A stretch of 64,000 nucleotides of DNA, taken from positions 309,595-373,594 of the forward strand of contig NMRA01000048.1 in NCBI GenBank assembly GCA_002633005.1, given 5' to 3'. This stretch comes from Phoronis australis. Lineage: Eukaryota > Animalia > Phoronida. The translations under genes and the position numbers were made by a program. Below the pieces are notes generated by a model that was given only the letters and a program-made list of their open reading frames with translations, made no database searches and was not told where the DNA came from. Shown one piece after another: positions 1 through 12,426 of the stretch (positions are counted from its first letter, which is position 1; every line of letters starts with the position of its first letter).

Positions 1-344
1 GGCAGACACCTGAAATGTTTTCACCGTTCCATGAATGCTGAGCAGCCCCAAATGCATGGTTTATAAGTTATGAGGGCCGGTACTGTACCGAAAACCGAAA
101 CAAAAGATAACGGAATAAAATCAATACGAAAATTACTTGGTGCCTTATTCAATATCTTGAAAATTGAAAAGCTGGTTGATTTGAAATTTCCATGCTTTAT
201 GTTCCAATTCAGCCAACTTATGACGTGCAAAACCTACAAAAAGTCAAACTCAAGTTCACAAAGGTCCCCCTTTCACAACTTTGTTTACATTGAAGTCATT
301 GCTTCTCTCTGAGGCCAGCCAACGCATGTCATTACGCTGTCATT

Positions 345-482
345 TTGCATGTCAGTGTACGCTGGTACAGTTGCATGTCAGTGTACGCTGGTATAGTTGC
401 ATGTCAGTGTACGCTGGTACAGTTGCATGTCAGTGTACGCTGGTACAGTTGCATGTCAGTGTACGCTGGTACAGTTGCATGC
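345..482 (+). repeat. 26-bp minisatellite (TTGCATGTCAGTGTACGCTGGTACAG), 5 full copies plus a partial
   Basis: Units start at 345, 371, 397, 423, 449 and 475 (partial). The same array with 3 full copies is at 62614-62699. Confidence 0.95.
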
Positions 483-1180
483 ACACTCACGAAAAATGTA
501 GTGTGCAAACAAAAACAATAAAGAAAACAAAAATATGGAAGAGAAACAGACTTGATGAAAAAAGTTCATCTGAAGTAACAAACAGACTTCCACACAGAGC
601 CATATACTTGACAAAATTCTTTTTTGCCAAATAAAAATAAATCTACCATGTGGGCAATAATTAAACTAAGACTTGCGCTTTTAATTATTCCAATCCCACA
701 CGCACATAGATAAGACTGCACTATAAACAAGGCACATGTAGATAAAACATGAAACATGAAAAGCCACTTCCACTGGCATGAACAGGATATGAAGATTGGT
801 TACATAATACCACACATGCTTTATGACTTGAGGAAGGCTATATATTTGCAAACTTATAGTACATGTGAAGTTTACTACCCCCAAATTTTATGCGCAAAAG
901 TAGTGAAATCATTCCACCTTTTTCCACATCAAAAGCTTCCAACAGAGTTGTGATGGACCACAACCATAAGTTACCGTATCAGAACGATTTGTCTGGTGAG
1001 TACTATGGTGCAAAACATTATGTGGCATTATGCTTATCCTTTATAAAAAAGAAAAAGATAAACTTCACTGGTCCACCTTACTGTATCATAAATTGTCACT
1101 GTTACCATTAACATTTATTATAATGCTTACTGTTCAGTATTGTTACTGAATATTCTACTGTCGATATTATACTCTACCAT

Positions 1181-1838
1181 CAGGCATCCATCTAGAGGGT
1201 GTCCAACTTTAGACACTCTACAGCGATTGATACTTAAGATAAACACCAAGTCGAGCGACCTGGCAAAAATCCCAGGTCACCAAACGAGATCTGAGGTCGC
1301 CTAAATCAATTCCCCAGGTTTCTTCTTCAGCGCCGTAAAAGTTCGTAGACCAAAAAAAGGTCGGATGGTCGTAGCACCACCGAATTCGTCCAATTTCCCT
1401 AAATGTAGGTGTACCTTCCCTACCCAGAGAACAAACATAGAATGCAAATGATCGAATGGGCTAGCGGTATGAATTTCGCCGATCTTGATCTTAGCTAAAC
1501 AATTCTGACCTTCTGTCTGTTTACTTCCTCTTGTAATTTAAACAAGGTGGCAAACGCACAGGCGTCCTCAGCTTCTCATGGTGCTCAATAGTGGGGATGA
1601 TCGGAAGCCGAGGACGCTTGTGGGCAAATGTGCTGATTTCACAAATTAAAACAGAACATTTGTGAATCAAAGGTGATAAAACGTGGAAAACTGTCCGTAA
1701 CTTAAAGTTTCGAAGTCAACAGAACTTTGAAATGAATTGAGAGGGAATTGTTGACTTTGATACTCATAGTGGCGAATAGTGCCAAATACAATCTTAGGTT
1801 GCATTGGCGATGGTCGCCAAATCGAGCGCTGCTCTAGC
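1181..1838. mobile_element. Decayed non-autonomous CA...TG (hAT-like) element within the duplicated block
   Basis: Left end caggcatccatctagag (1181) matches the reverse complement of ctctagctaggatgccctg, which survives only in copy B (~63738-63756). Confidence 0.45.
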
Positions 1839-3409
1839 AGTCAGACCCCCAAGTAAAGTGAACAAGTATGGGTGTCTCTTAACTTGCCAGCAGCAACTCT
1901 CAGGGAGCTCAATGGCCTCAGAGGAATAAAATATAAGTTAGTATAAAAAAACTTTATTGCAAAACCATATCTCCACAGTACAAAACACACTACAACAGCA
2001 CCCAGAAAACAGTTATTGGTCATGGATGCCCGAAAAATTAGGAAACCCATTTTGGACGTCATATTTTTGAAATTCTGGATGAACCCCAGTGACAACCATT
2101 TACATATTCCCACAAGATAACACCAGCACCCTTTTACACAATTGAAATTTTATGAGTGCATTTATTCGTAAAATCAAAATTCAGTACACCAAATAATTTT
2201 GAGGTCTTTACCATAGCTAACACAATTCTTCACCTACAGTAAATTTTCCTCAAATTAAAAAAATAATCAGAAAAATTACGATTTTTTTCCAGTTCTCAAA
2301 AGCTGTATGCATCATGTGTTTGTTGAGTTGACAGCAGCACTACGTAAACGATGCAAATATTTCTCTCTGAGTTATTTTTCAAGAAATTTTCATATAATGT
2401 GGCTTCACTGTTATACCACATTGTGTTCTAAATTAAAGGAACCTTACCATAGTTAGCACTCACTGTGTCAGATAAGTGCAATGTTTATCTTTAAGTGTTA
2501 AATTTCTCAACATTAGGAATTTTTAATCCACTATGAGCTTGACTCCAACTGGGTAGTTGTCTAAAACAAGTTGGTGAAATCCATCGCTGCAGAGTAGTAT
2601 GCAGTCTTTAAAAATGGAAGAGTGGCAATTTTGGAATTATTTTAGTGGAAAATAAGTAACTAACTGCCATGCAATCAGCTCTTAAGAAATTGTTAGCATA
2701 ATCTCAAAATTGTTAGTCCTTGAGACATGAAAAAAGAAAATGTTTGAAATTCATTTTTGTCTGAACTAACGAAATTTTACCTTAGTTACTCAATGGTCAG
2801 GTGCTTTTGACTTCATGCTAGGTCAATTAATGAATTTTGTGACGGAAATTCCCCTGCTGCTTTTATACTGCTTTGTTACGTCGTCAGTGCAATGAACAAA
2901 TTGTGTTTGAACACTCTATTGTAGAGGCCATGAAAGGACAGGTTGTACTACACATGACAAAATGCAAAGATTTTATTCTTCCTTGGAACAATATTGATAG
3001 AGACTCAATAATGTTGATGGTCAATTTCACATGAGAAAGGGTCAGTTTGATATGGACAAATAACAAGATGACTATTAAAGCAATAATAGGAAAATCGAAA
3101 ACCAATTAACTGTTTACAAACCCCTTCTGGGCATGCAATATACACAGACACATCTTGTGCACAGAAATACATGGAATCACACTAGTGCTATGTATTTCTC
3201 AAATACTAATCATTAGTGCCATCCAAGAGGTGGAAGGTATACACACTAGAATGCACTAGTAACTATTTGGCGATAAGGGCTATTACACAAGTCAAGTGGC
3301 CCGGCAGATGGAGATAGTGAACTGGGTGGGAGAAACCCAACCCTTTCTTTATGGGAGAAGCTGAGAAATTAGGATACCGACCCATTTAGAAATTGGACCT
3401 CAAAAAGGG

Positions 3410-3476
3410 CATAGGCGGATCCAGGAGAGTCAAAGGGGTCCGGACTCCCCATTTAAATATCCTGGATCCATCCCTA
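3410..3476. mobile_element. Very short MITE related to the CAGGGGCGGATCCAGG family
   Basis: cataggcggatccagga ... tcctggatccatcccta inverted ends; imperfect flanks aaggg/aagag. Confidence 0.45.
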
Positions 3477-5640
3477 AAGAGATCCATTTGTAAGGAGCTT
3501 TCATGAGGAATTTCTTTTCACATGAGTTAATTATAAAACACTGTTGGTACCCTTTCATAGGAATTTTTGCAAAGATCTCTTTTTTAAGATTAGGCAAATC
3601 TTATGCTGACAGGATTTGCCCACAAGTGGACGAGAAAGCGCGCACATTTTACCCCACAGTATCCAGGGAATTCCTTGGCACATCAAGGCTTGATTGCGCT
3701 GCCACGGATTTAAGTGAGCTAGTCGCTATTCATGGGCTTCGCTGTACCTGCTGGATGAGACAATTGCAATCAAAAACCAAGATGCCTGTTTAACGTACAA
3801 GTGTTAAAGTAAAAAAGTGAACAATAAGTAAGGCAAGCAACCAACATGACTGTTTTTAAAATTGAAAAGTAAATATTACGTCTTTGAAATGTTAAAGTCA
3901 AGGCATCATAAGAGAAATTAGCAAAAGGATTTCTAAGCCACAAGCATTAATTTATGAATCAATTAGGACAGGTTAGTCACAGTCATGCTTAGGGGCTGGG
4001 GTAATAAAACCATAGCGTAGGTGTTGTCTCATGAGCCTGAACCAGACAGGTGGTAACAGGTGCTAAAAAATGAGTATGTCTTGAAAAAAAACAGACAATG
4101 TTGAAAACTTTTCTGTATATTTTTAATTAAGAGAAATGTAAAAATATAAGCTTTAGTGCAGTTTATAACCCTTAAAATGTGAAAACTTTTGTAGATAAAA
4201 TTAAAATTGAAAATAGCAGTATTTCATGAAAAAGTCACTTATGAAAGCTACACATAACCCGCGAACAATTTCTTTAGTATTAACTCCCACTGCGTTAAAA
4301 TTAAATGCATGGCTAATCGCCTTGATTTTACTAAATCACATGAAAAATGAGATTTTACAAGATTTGAACAGGTGACATCCGGATTTCTGTGGCATCTAAG
4401 AAAAGTCTATTTTGTCTAGTTACAGTCAATTTTACAAAATACCACAAGTTGTATACAGACGTTTTGTGAAACTAAACTTCTTGAGAAAAAAAATGGTATT
4501 AAATTTGAACTTTTCAGTAAAATGTAGGAAGATGAGGAAGTTACCATAACAACTTGATTATTTGTGTAATGTGATCAGCGCTTCAATATTTAAATGGTTA
4601 ACTTGGGTCCTGGATCAAAGTAAACCTGGCCAGTTAAGGATACACTAAACACATAGATTTGACAGCCAAGCATCAATGCTTTGATTCGGTGAACGATTAA
4701 CTTTGGTGTCATCACAGCATGACACGTCTTGTTATTATTGTTACATATACTTTTTCAATTATTCACCATTCTAAGCATTCCATTTCATTTACAGTTTGGC
4801 CATATAATAACTTTTTATTTGCACAAGTGCCAAGACAATTTTTTTTTTAATTTAAGCATGTTCAAATAACTGTGTAATCCTAGGAATACCTTCTTTTCAA
4901 TTTTGGCATCAGAACTATACTACCTTATGGTATGTGCAACCCCCGTATTTCAACGTAACCCATGGGATTTTGTTTAAGTGCGAGAACTAAAATTTCAACT
5001 TCAGACTGTGGTCCCAAATGTCTTTAAGTGTAAGGTTATTCAACTAAATTCATATTTTGATTAGTGGAAGCTACAGTAAGATACATGAGCAGGGACTTCA
5101 TAGAGTGTGTGTCTTGGAGATATCATGACTGTAAAAATGGCTTTTTAATGAACTTAAATGACCAATCTCAGACATTCACAAGAACAATGAAATTGTGTCC
5201 ACTGCGACTTATTGACGGGTCGGAATATCACTACCCAGACTGGAGGACGAAATTCATCCTGGTACGGGAATTGGGGATAGTTAGGCCTATAAAAGATCTT
5301 TAACCCAGCCGCAGAGCGTCTAAAGCCGCGCACCGTACCAGTGACTGCTGGCAACTCATCGGGACTCAACTTTAACATCCTTCGCCGCAGAGATAACAAC
5401 TATTGGGCTATCTCCGGTGAGTCCATTCTTTGTTGAATGATGTTTAGATAAAAAAATTTTACAAAAGAGAAAAGTTAAGATTGTCACACAAATGCAATAT
5501 GCACAGATACTGAAGAAGTATTCGTTTTGGTGGAAACCATTTAACCAGATAAACTGAACACAACCAATGGTTTGTTACAAACTCTTCAACTGTTTCACAA
5601 CACCTCTTACTTCCTTAGTAGATTTGTACAACCATGGGTG

Positions 5641-5993
5641 TCATCAATTCTCCCTATCATGAGTACTGATCTGAGATCCGTTTGTGTGGATCATCAATTC
5701 TCCCTATCATGTGTACTGATCTGAGATCCGTTTGTGTGGATCGTCAATTCTCCCTATCATGAGTACTGATCTGAGTTCCGTTTGTGTGGATCGTCAATTC
5801 TCCCTATCATGAGTACTGATCTGAGTTCCGTTTGAGTGGATCATCAATTCTCCCTATCATGAGTACTGATCTGAGTTCCATTTGAGTGGATCATCAATTC
5901 TCCCTATCATGAGTACTGATCTGAGATCCATTTGTGTGGATCATCAATTCTCCCTATCATGAGTACTGATCTGAGTTCCGTTTGTGTGGATCA
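5641..5993 (+). repeat. 50-bp minisatellite, 7 copies
   Basis: Unit tcatcaattctccctatcatgagtactgatctgag(a/t)tcc(g/a)tttg(t/a)gtgga starts exactly every 50 nt from 5641 to 5941, with no unique spacers. Confidence 0.97.
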
Positions 5994-6791
5994 CAGCAAT
6001 TACCCTTCACTAGCCATGACTTTACACGGCTAAATCACAATCAAGGTCCATATTCGAGAGTTGGCTGTGTTACGGTCTAAAATAATTTTTGGTCACTTAC
6101 TAGATGCCAACTGAATCTCATTATGCAAAGAATTATTTAGTTATGCAAATTAAAAAAAGAATCATCAAAATCGGACAATGTTTGAGAAATTTATGTATGT
6201 TTTTGTCTCTGAATTTCATGCATTTTTAGCGTTACCAGTGGCCCTTTTAAAAATAACAATTTTCAACTGTCAAGAGTAGAAAAGAAAATTATTTTATCAA
6301 GCAATCAATTGTTTAGATATGACTGGGAATAACTTGAGTCACTTTCAGAGTCAATTAGATGAAGTTGTGCTTAATCATTGAGAAATGGTAGGGTTCATCA
6401 TAAAACAGGCACTCGTTACAAAATTCGTAAATTCTGTGTTTCTAACCCTCACCTACTGTAAAGAAGGTTAAAAACTAAAGTTCACACTCTGTAACGAAAT
6501 AAAAACTGCAAAATATGTCAGCCTAGGCAACACAGCAAATTATTCAATACCTAAACAAACCAAAAATTTGGATATTGAATGGGTTCTGCTGTGTTGAAAA
6601 CGGGCCAAAAGGCTAAAAAAATGTAGTGTACGTACCCCCACGTGGAATTCAGTAATACAAATGGTCGTTGCAAATGAAATTATTGCCTTTTAAATAACAA
6701 CATGGCACTTATTATCACCAAAGAAAAATAAATGGCCATACAACATTATGTTACCATGTGATGCAGAAACAGTGATGTAGTGTACGTATTC

Positions 6792-8419
6792 CAGGGCTCA
6801 ACACTAACGGGTGCCCGATTGCCCGTGTACATGTAGATTTTGCGTCGGGCAAGTGGAATTTGAAAAGTACTTGCACGATGGGCAAGTTAAAACGCTGGCC
6901 GCATAGGCAAATAGATCCTAAGATTGTCTGCTCGACATTGCTCCAAAGTATCGAACCCCGACACAAGCCTAAAAACCATCGAAAAAGCACCTGTGGCCGT
7001 CAAAGAAACTCCCGTCTTCAAATGAGCACCGAAAGGAAAATAGAACGAGTGTGATGCAGCGTGCACAGATGACGCCCGAGGTCAAATCCTTTCGATTCTC
7101 TAAACATGCTCTGCAGTTTCTGAATAAGTTGTCACGTGATACTACTGATCGTCTGTACTCTGGAAAAACGTCCAAACAACTGGACGGCATTGGTTTACTT
7201 GTTAAAAAACGAGTTCAGGACGAATCAAAGCAACAATATGAAACGAAAAGAGTGCGGGGTGGGTTCCGTCATGGAAAATTAGGTTTCTTGGCCTGCGAGA
7301 CAGTGAACAAGGGATGACATGTGATTTTTACTGGCGTTTACCCATGTACAGCTGGAAGCACCGCGTTCGTCGGCAGATGTAAGTCATACAGATAAGCGCA
7401 AAAGAAAAAATGTGAATGATTGACCACATATTTTCTACACTACACCGTAGTTTTAAAGGCCTGGTATTTATTCAGGAGGAATTCCAAAGGAAATTCTTCT
7501 GAATTCCCAGCTCCCGGAGGAGACTCCCAAAAGAAGAGGAATACGGTCTTCGGGATTGTCGCTCTGAAGGGTGACTTTTTCGCTATTTTTCAAAAATGTA
7601 ATTATTTATTGAAAATAAAAGTATATGTGGCATTATTATATGTTAAAATTTGATTTTAATTTAATACAAGGTACCGATGACCAAAACTGCAAGATTTTTA
7701 CAAACAGCAAAAATTAAAATTCAGGTTAAGCAACAACTCAAGTTTAATGCATGAGGGCGTAGGCCTATAAACTAATGAATACACAGAAGTGTCTAGAGTT
7801 CATGTCCTAGCTCATCTCGGCGCCTGTGAACGTGAGACAATGGTTCAGGTACCATAGTTACTCTTCTAATTTGTCTCTCTAGTGTTTTGACACAACTTGT
7901 AAATAAATGTTCTATAAGAAGAATTGTTAAAAAAATAGCAACCAAGGGCGGATCCAGGATTTTGAGTTGGGGGGGCCAGGGCACGGAATAACCAGTTTCG
8001 GCAGATGCACGTGCCCAGGCTAAATTGTGGGGACGCAGAGGCCTCGAATGAGGACCTGTTGACTAAGAAAAAAAGGTTAACAGGGTTTGTTCAGTTTGTT
8101 CAGGGCCTATGCGTTGTATATCACCCCCGATGAGCCCCTGCTTGCGCGCACCCGAACTCCCAAATGGTATCTGGTAGACTTTTAGGGGGAGCCATGGCCC
8201 CCTTGGCCCCCCCCCCCCTAAATCCACCACTGGCAACTCATGTATATAGCATGCACGACACAAGAAGAGGCACAGCACAGGCAGCCCTATGGTAACACAT
8301 TACCTAGGTGTGCACATGCACGGTTCTATTTGGGATTGTACTTGGGGCAAGTGAATTTGTTGTTCGGGCAAGTAAAAATTTCAACTACTAGTGGCCTAAA
8401 AAGTTAATGTTGAGCCTTG
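6792..8419. mobile_element. Non-autonomous DNA transposon with CA...TG ends and 5-bp TSD (hAT5-like)
   Basis: TIRs CAGGGCTCAACACTAAC / GTTAATGTTGAGCCTTG; TSD TATTC at 6787-6791 and 8420-8424; subterminal GGGCAAGT repeats at both ends. Confidence 0.8.
7943..8232 (+). mobile_element. MITE (CAGGGGCGGATCCAGG...TAAATCCGCCACTG family) nested in the 6792-8419 element
   Basis: Perfect TSD GCAAC (7938-7942, 8233-8237); homologous to 28911-29064 and, inverted, to 60387-60692. Confidence 0.85.
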
Positions 8420-8429
8420 TATTCCCTTT

Positions 8430-9140
8430 TTTAGTGTACGTAACCCCATGTTTACAAATGCCATGAAATTAAAATATCACTTGGTAAGTGAGCAACATCG
8501 GTCATAGACTGTTTTCTTCCTTAAAAATGTTAGGTTAAAACAGTGTTTATTGCCAATACATATGTTTTGAGTGAAATATTAGCATTTGTGTAGTGTACGT
8601 ACCCCCATATTTTAATTTGTGCCTACTTTCAAAGCATGACAGGTATGCACATGAATGCCGTGCTTTTTATTTTTTCTCTTTGAATTGATTTATTAAATCC
8701 CAACTAACTCTCAGTAGATTCTTAGTATTTAGTTACAAACCTGACATGTCATTGAAATGTAGTGTACGTACCCCTGTGTAGTGTCCGTACCCCCATGTGA
8801 ACAAATACCATGAAACAAAAATATTACACAGTAAGTAAGCAACACTTGTCACAGACAGCTTCCTCCATTAAAAATTCTAGATTAAAGGGTGTTAATTACA
8901 AATACATTTGTTTTGGGTGAAATATTAGCATTTGTGTAGTGTACGTACCCCTATATTTTAACATGTGCCTGTTTTCAAAGAATGACAGACAGATATGCAC
9001 ATGAATGCATGTTGTACTTTTTATTTCTTCTCTTTGAATATTAGTAAATGAACTAACTCTCAGTAGATTTTAATTATTTTTTATAAACCTGAGAAGTCAT
9101 TGAAATGTAGTGTACGTACTCCTGTGTAGTGTACGTACAT
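8430..9140 (+). repeat. Two diverged ~345-bp tandem units carrying repeated TGTAGTGTACGTACCCC motifs
   Basis: gtgaaatattagcatttgtgtagtgtacgtacccc at ~8571 and ~8918; aactaactctcagtagatt at ~8702 and ~9051. The motif also occurs at ~6622 and ~6776. Confidence 0.8.
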
Positions 9141-12100
9141 TCAACCTCTGTGGTATAAAGTATTGCCCACTTACATACAGCTGCTGTTCCCATGAACAAT
9201 ACTGAAATTTCCAAAATGCGTAATTACCTGGTGCTCAAATCAACCCACTCATGACTGATACATTCAAAAATCGGCGAATCAGATTAGCGTACCGACACTC
9301 TCTGACACTGTCACTGACTGACTGAATGATGTCGGTGACCAATCACAAATAGGCCATATCCAAATAAAAAGAGTTTGTATGAAATGTTAATGCAGTAGGC
9401 CAAACAAATGATACAAATCCACATAAACTCACAGTCTCAACTTTCATCCAGTTTCCGTTGTCTTTGCGAAAGGCCACGATGAGCATGTGATTGGTTTTCA
9501 AAACATTAACAGCACAGCAGACGAAACTCCAACAACAAGCAGCGACATCTTTTAGCTAGACGGTGAACCTGCTCCAGTCAGCGCTGTTCACTGACGACGG
9601 CCCAGGGAAAATAAAAATTTTCTTTCTCCGCTATAACCACGGCCCCTAAAATATTCTAATGTTTATAAATTTTTTTTAATTTCCATTTTTTTGTTTCCCA
9701 GAAAAAAAATGACTGTCTTTAGTTCGAGACGCAAAAAGCAAATTCATCGCGACGGGGATGAAAATGAATTGAAAGTTGTTCAGAAACAGAGCAATATGTG
9801 AAAATGTTTGTCTTTCAACCGTAGGGCTTCATGAAATAGTGTAATTTTGTCTATATTTACGGCATTTCCAATCGCCAGGTTGTAACTAGAAGAATTTCGT
9901 TATGAGTTAGGTAAGATGGCAGTAGGCCTACGAACCTTTTGTAAACAGTAGTTTTACGCCACTGAGCTGCCTTTCATACACTTACCTGCCTTCTTAAAAC
10001 GGGGAGTTCCACAGTGAATGCAAAAGCTTAGTGGACATTTAAATTTAGTTATCTTTCCACTCATTTACAGTTTCCATAATACAAACGCGAGTCATTTTCT
10101 TGAGGCCAACCCGGATACACTCATTACACGGATTCGGGGGCCGGGACAAGCCCCAGTATATCCGTTTAGGATTATAACAGAGACCGTAGAGAGGCGTCTT
10201 TGATTAAAATGAACCTTTCCCGCCCTTTGAAAAATGTAATCTCTCCCTCGCGACATCACGTGACTTGAGTGCGGCATTGACTGACGCTCAAGAAAATCTA
10301 GTGGAAATACGTAGGGAGCGTGTCGTTACGTGTACAACTGCGTGCACAAACGCTCTAGATTGGCTCCATACATGTACCAGTGTACGCTATCCGTGACATT
10401 AGAGTGTGAGCCCTACTAACCAAGCTACTACCAGGTACTTTCAGTATCTGACATCACGATATCATGCAAATACCGTTCTTTGAGCACTAGGCTGACGTAT
10501 CAGTAGGGATATTTCTTCAGTGAGAAAATATGGCTATTTTCCAAGCTGTTAGCAGGTTCTTAATAACACTGCTCAGCTGTGCATGGAAAAGACACTCGCC
10601 GGGCGCCGCGGGATCGGTGAAAAAACCTTGGCTGGCAATGAGTGAAGCCACGGTGGCCGGCGGCCGGCCTGGGTCGGAAACTGAGGAAACAGATACCCAA
10701 GTTTCCGTGATAAAGGCTGAGTAATAGTTTTTGGACTGCAAGAAAAATGATCTCAACCGACGGCAATGAATAATATACCTCATTGGTCATCAAACACTGA
10801 GAACCAGGCGATGTATCTTCTCACTATACCGGCCGCGAATAATACGCTTACAAGGAAGTCACGCATTTTTAAAGATATGCGGGAATTTTCACCTCTCGTC
10901 CTTCTGAGCGGCTTGCACCAGGATCAAAGAGAGCGCGGCGCCGGAATCAGGTACCCGCATTGCTCGATGCGAGCAAGACCCAATAAAATGTAATTATCCG
11001 ACCATAAACTGTACAGACATCTCTGACTGTACTTAATGGCGAATTTTCAAAATGCATTAACCACTAATTTTCGCTACAAACGAACACCACGGCGGTATTC
11101 AGCTGAAAAAATCAACCCAGTACGGTTTTCGAATTTTAAAAATCGATGAACTAATAATCTAAAAACTACAACCACTGGGCACGATTAAAGACTCAGTTAT
11201 CTACCGCGCGTATTGATATACTCGGTGGATATACAAACGCTGATCAGAGTTAACAATATCATATGGATTCATTTTTAGCAAATTTTCTTTCAATCTCGTT
11301 TAGCCAGATTTTTGACCAGGAAACAGTTGTTATGCCCACTTTTCATTTTTTTATTACTGACAAAGAGCTAGAATAGTTATTTAGTCAGTGCCACCGAAAT
11401 TGTCCAGAGATTCCAAATCTTCAGTTTGGTCATCGCGATATTTGCACTTTTGTATATGATTTGAGTTCTAATAAAGATTTAACTTTAATGACACGTGAAA
11501 TGTTTAGTGTACATGTAATGTGGTAAGTTTAGGGATGGGCTCACAATGAACTTAACTAATTAAGTTTTAGCTGGCGATCAAAATCTACCACTGTTTTGGT
11601 ACTTCAAGTTCAAAACTTAGATAAAAAGTATCAACCCGTTTCCGGTAAGAAAAAAAAACAAGTAGGCAGAAGCATTAAAAATTCAATAAAGAAAACCAAT
11701 GTGAAACTTATCGTTCCTTTGGGTAATGGCCCTTTGTGAAGATAAGCACAAGTTAACCTTTTTAGTCATTTTGTAGTATTTATAATGTACCAAGTTAAAA
11801 TTATGCTCTCCGGAGTTGCAGGCTATAGCCTAACTCTGCGAATGTCAGAGGAAACCAAAGTGGGGGTACTAGCAACAACGAGTATTGAGACAGTAATGCT
11901 AGCAATTACCTTTCCACTTTATTACCTCAGATCTACTTCAATCATAAAGGGCGCTGGCGAATAGGCATGATCGTAAACTAAAAGTTGTTGGGGGCTTAGG
12001 GAATCAGTGTAAGCGAGAAATTCTCCACATGCAGCCCGCTGCGGCTGACTCAACTGTTCGAATTGCTGATATGATCTGTTTGTGCGTAAAGCTTACAGCC

Positions 12101-12310
12101 ACACAATCAGAATTTATTTCTTCATCATTCTTATCACATTTATCACCGCGGCTCTCGGGCCAAGCTCCCTCCCACCGCCGGGCACCGACCGCCTCAGTCA
12201 GTCCGCCGGCCGCCCGGCGTCGTGGTGAGCTGCAACCGCGATTCCCGCATTCGTTGTGAGCACATCTCTTAAACACCGTGGCCGGGAGTACTCCGGCGGT
12301 TTTGAGGGTA

Positions 12311-12426
12311 CATGGGCGGCAAAGCACTGAAAAAGTGGCGGGCTAAAGCNCACCGCCTATAGACCACGCACTGAAGAAAGTGGGGGGGGCTATAGCCCCC
12401 CAGCCCCCTACGGTGCGCCGCCCATG
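12311..12426. mobile_element. Short MITE, CATGGGCGGC...GCCGCCCATG, 5-bp TSD
   Basis: TSD GGGTA (12306-12310, 12427-12431); related inverted copy starting at 58877. Confidence 0.8.

Larger units (their letters stand above)
345..2096 (+). repeat. Copy A of a long direct duplication (partner 62614-64000)
   Basis: Colinear near-identical sequence with 62614-64000 (e.g. gcacactcacgaaaaatgtagtgtgcaaac at 481 and 62698), with scattered substitutions and indels. Confidence 0.95.

Noticed and set aside
281-634. 117-aa ORF (and 62618-62851, 62621-63193)
   Set aside because: Open frames produced by the 26-bp minisatellite and the duplicated non-coding block; no recognisable domain.
5140-5425. GC-richer patch as a SINE or ncRNA
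   Set aside because: No convincing A/B boxes, tail, TSD or second copy in the window.
5641-5993. Regular 50-bp periodicity as a CRISPR array
   Set aside because: Units are head-to-tail with no unique spacers, there are no cas genes and the context is eukaryotic; it is a minisatellite.
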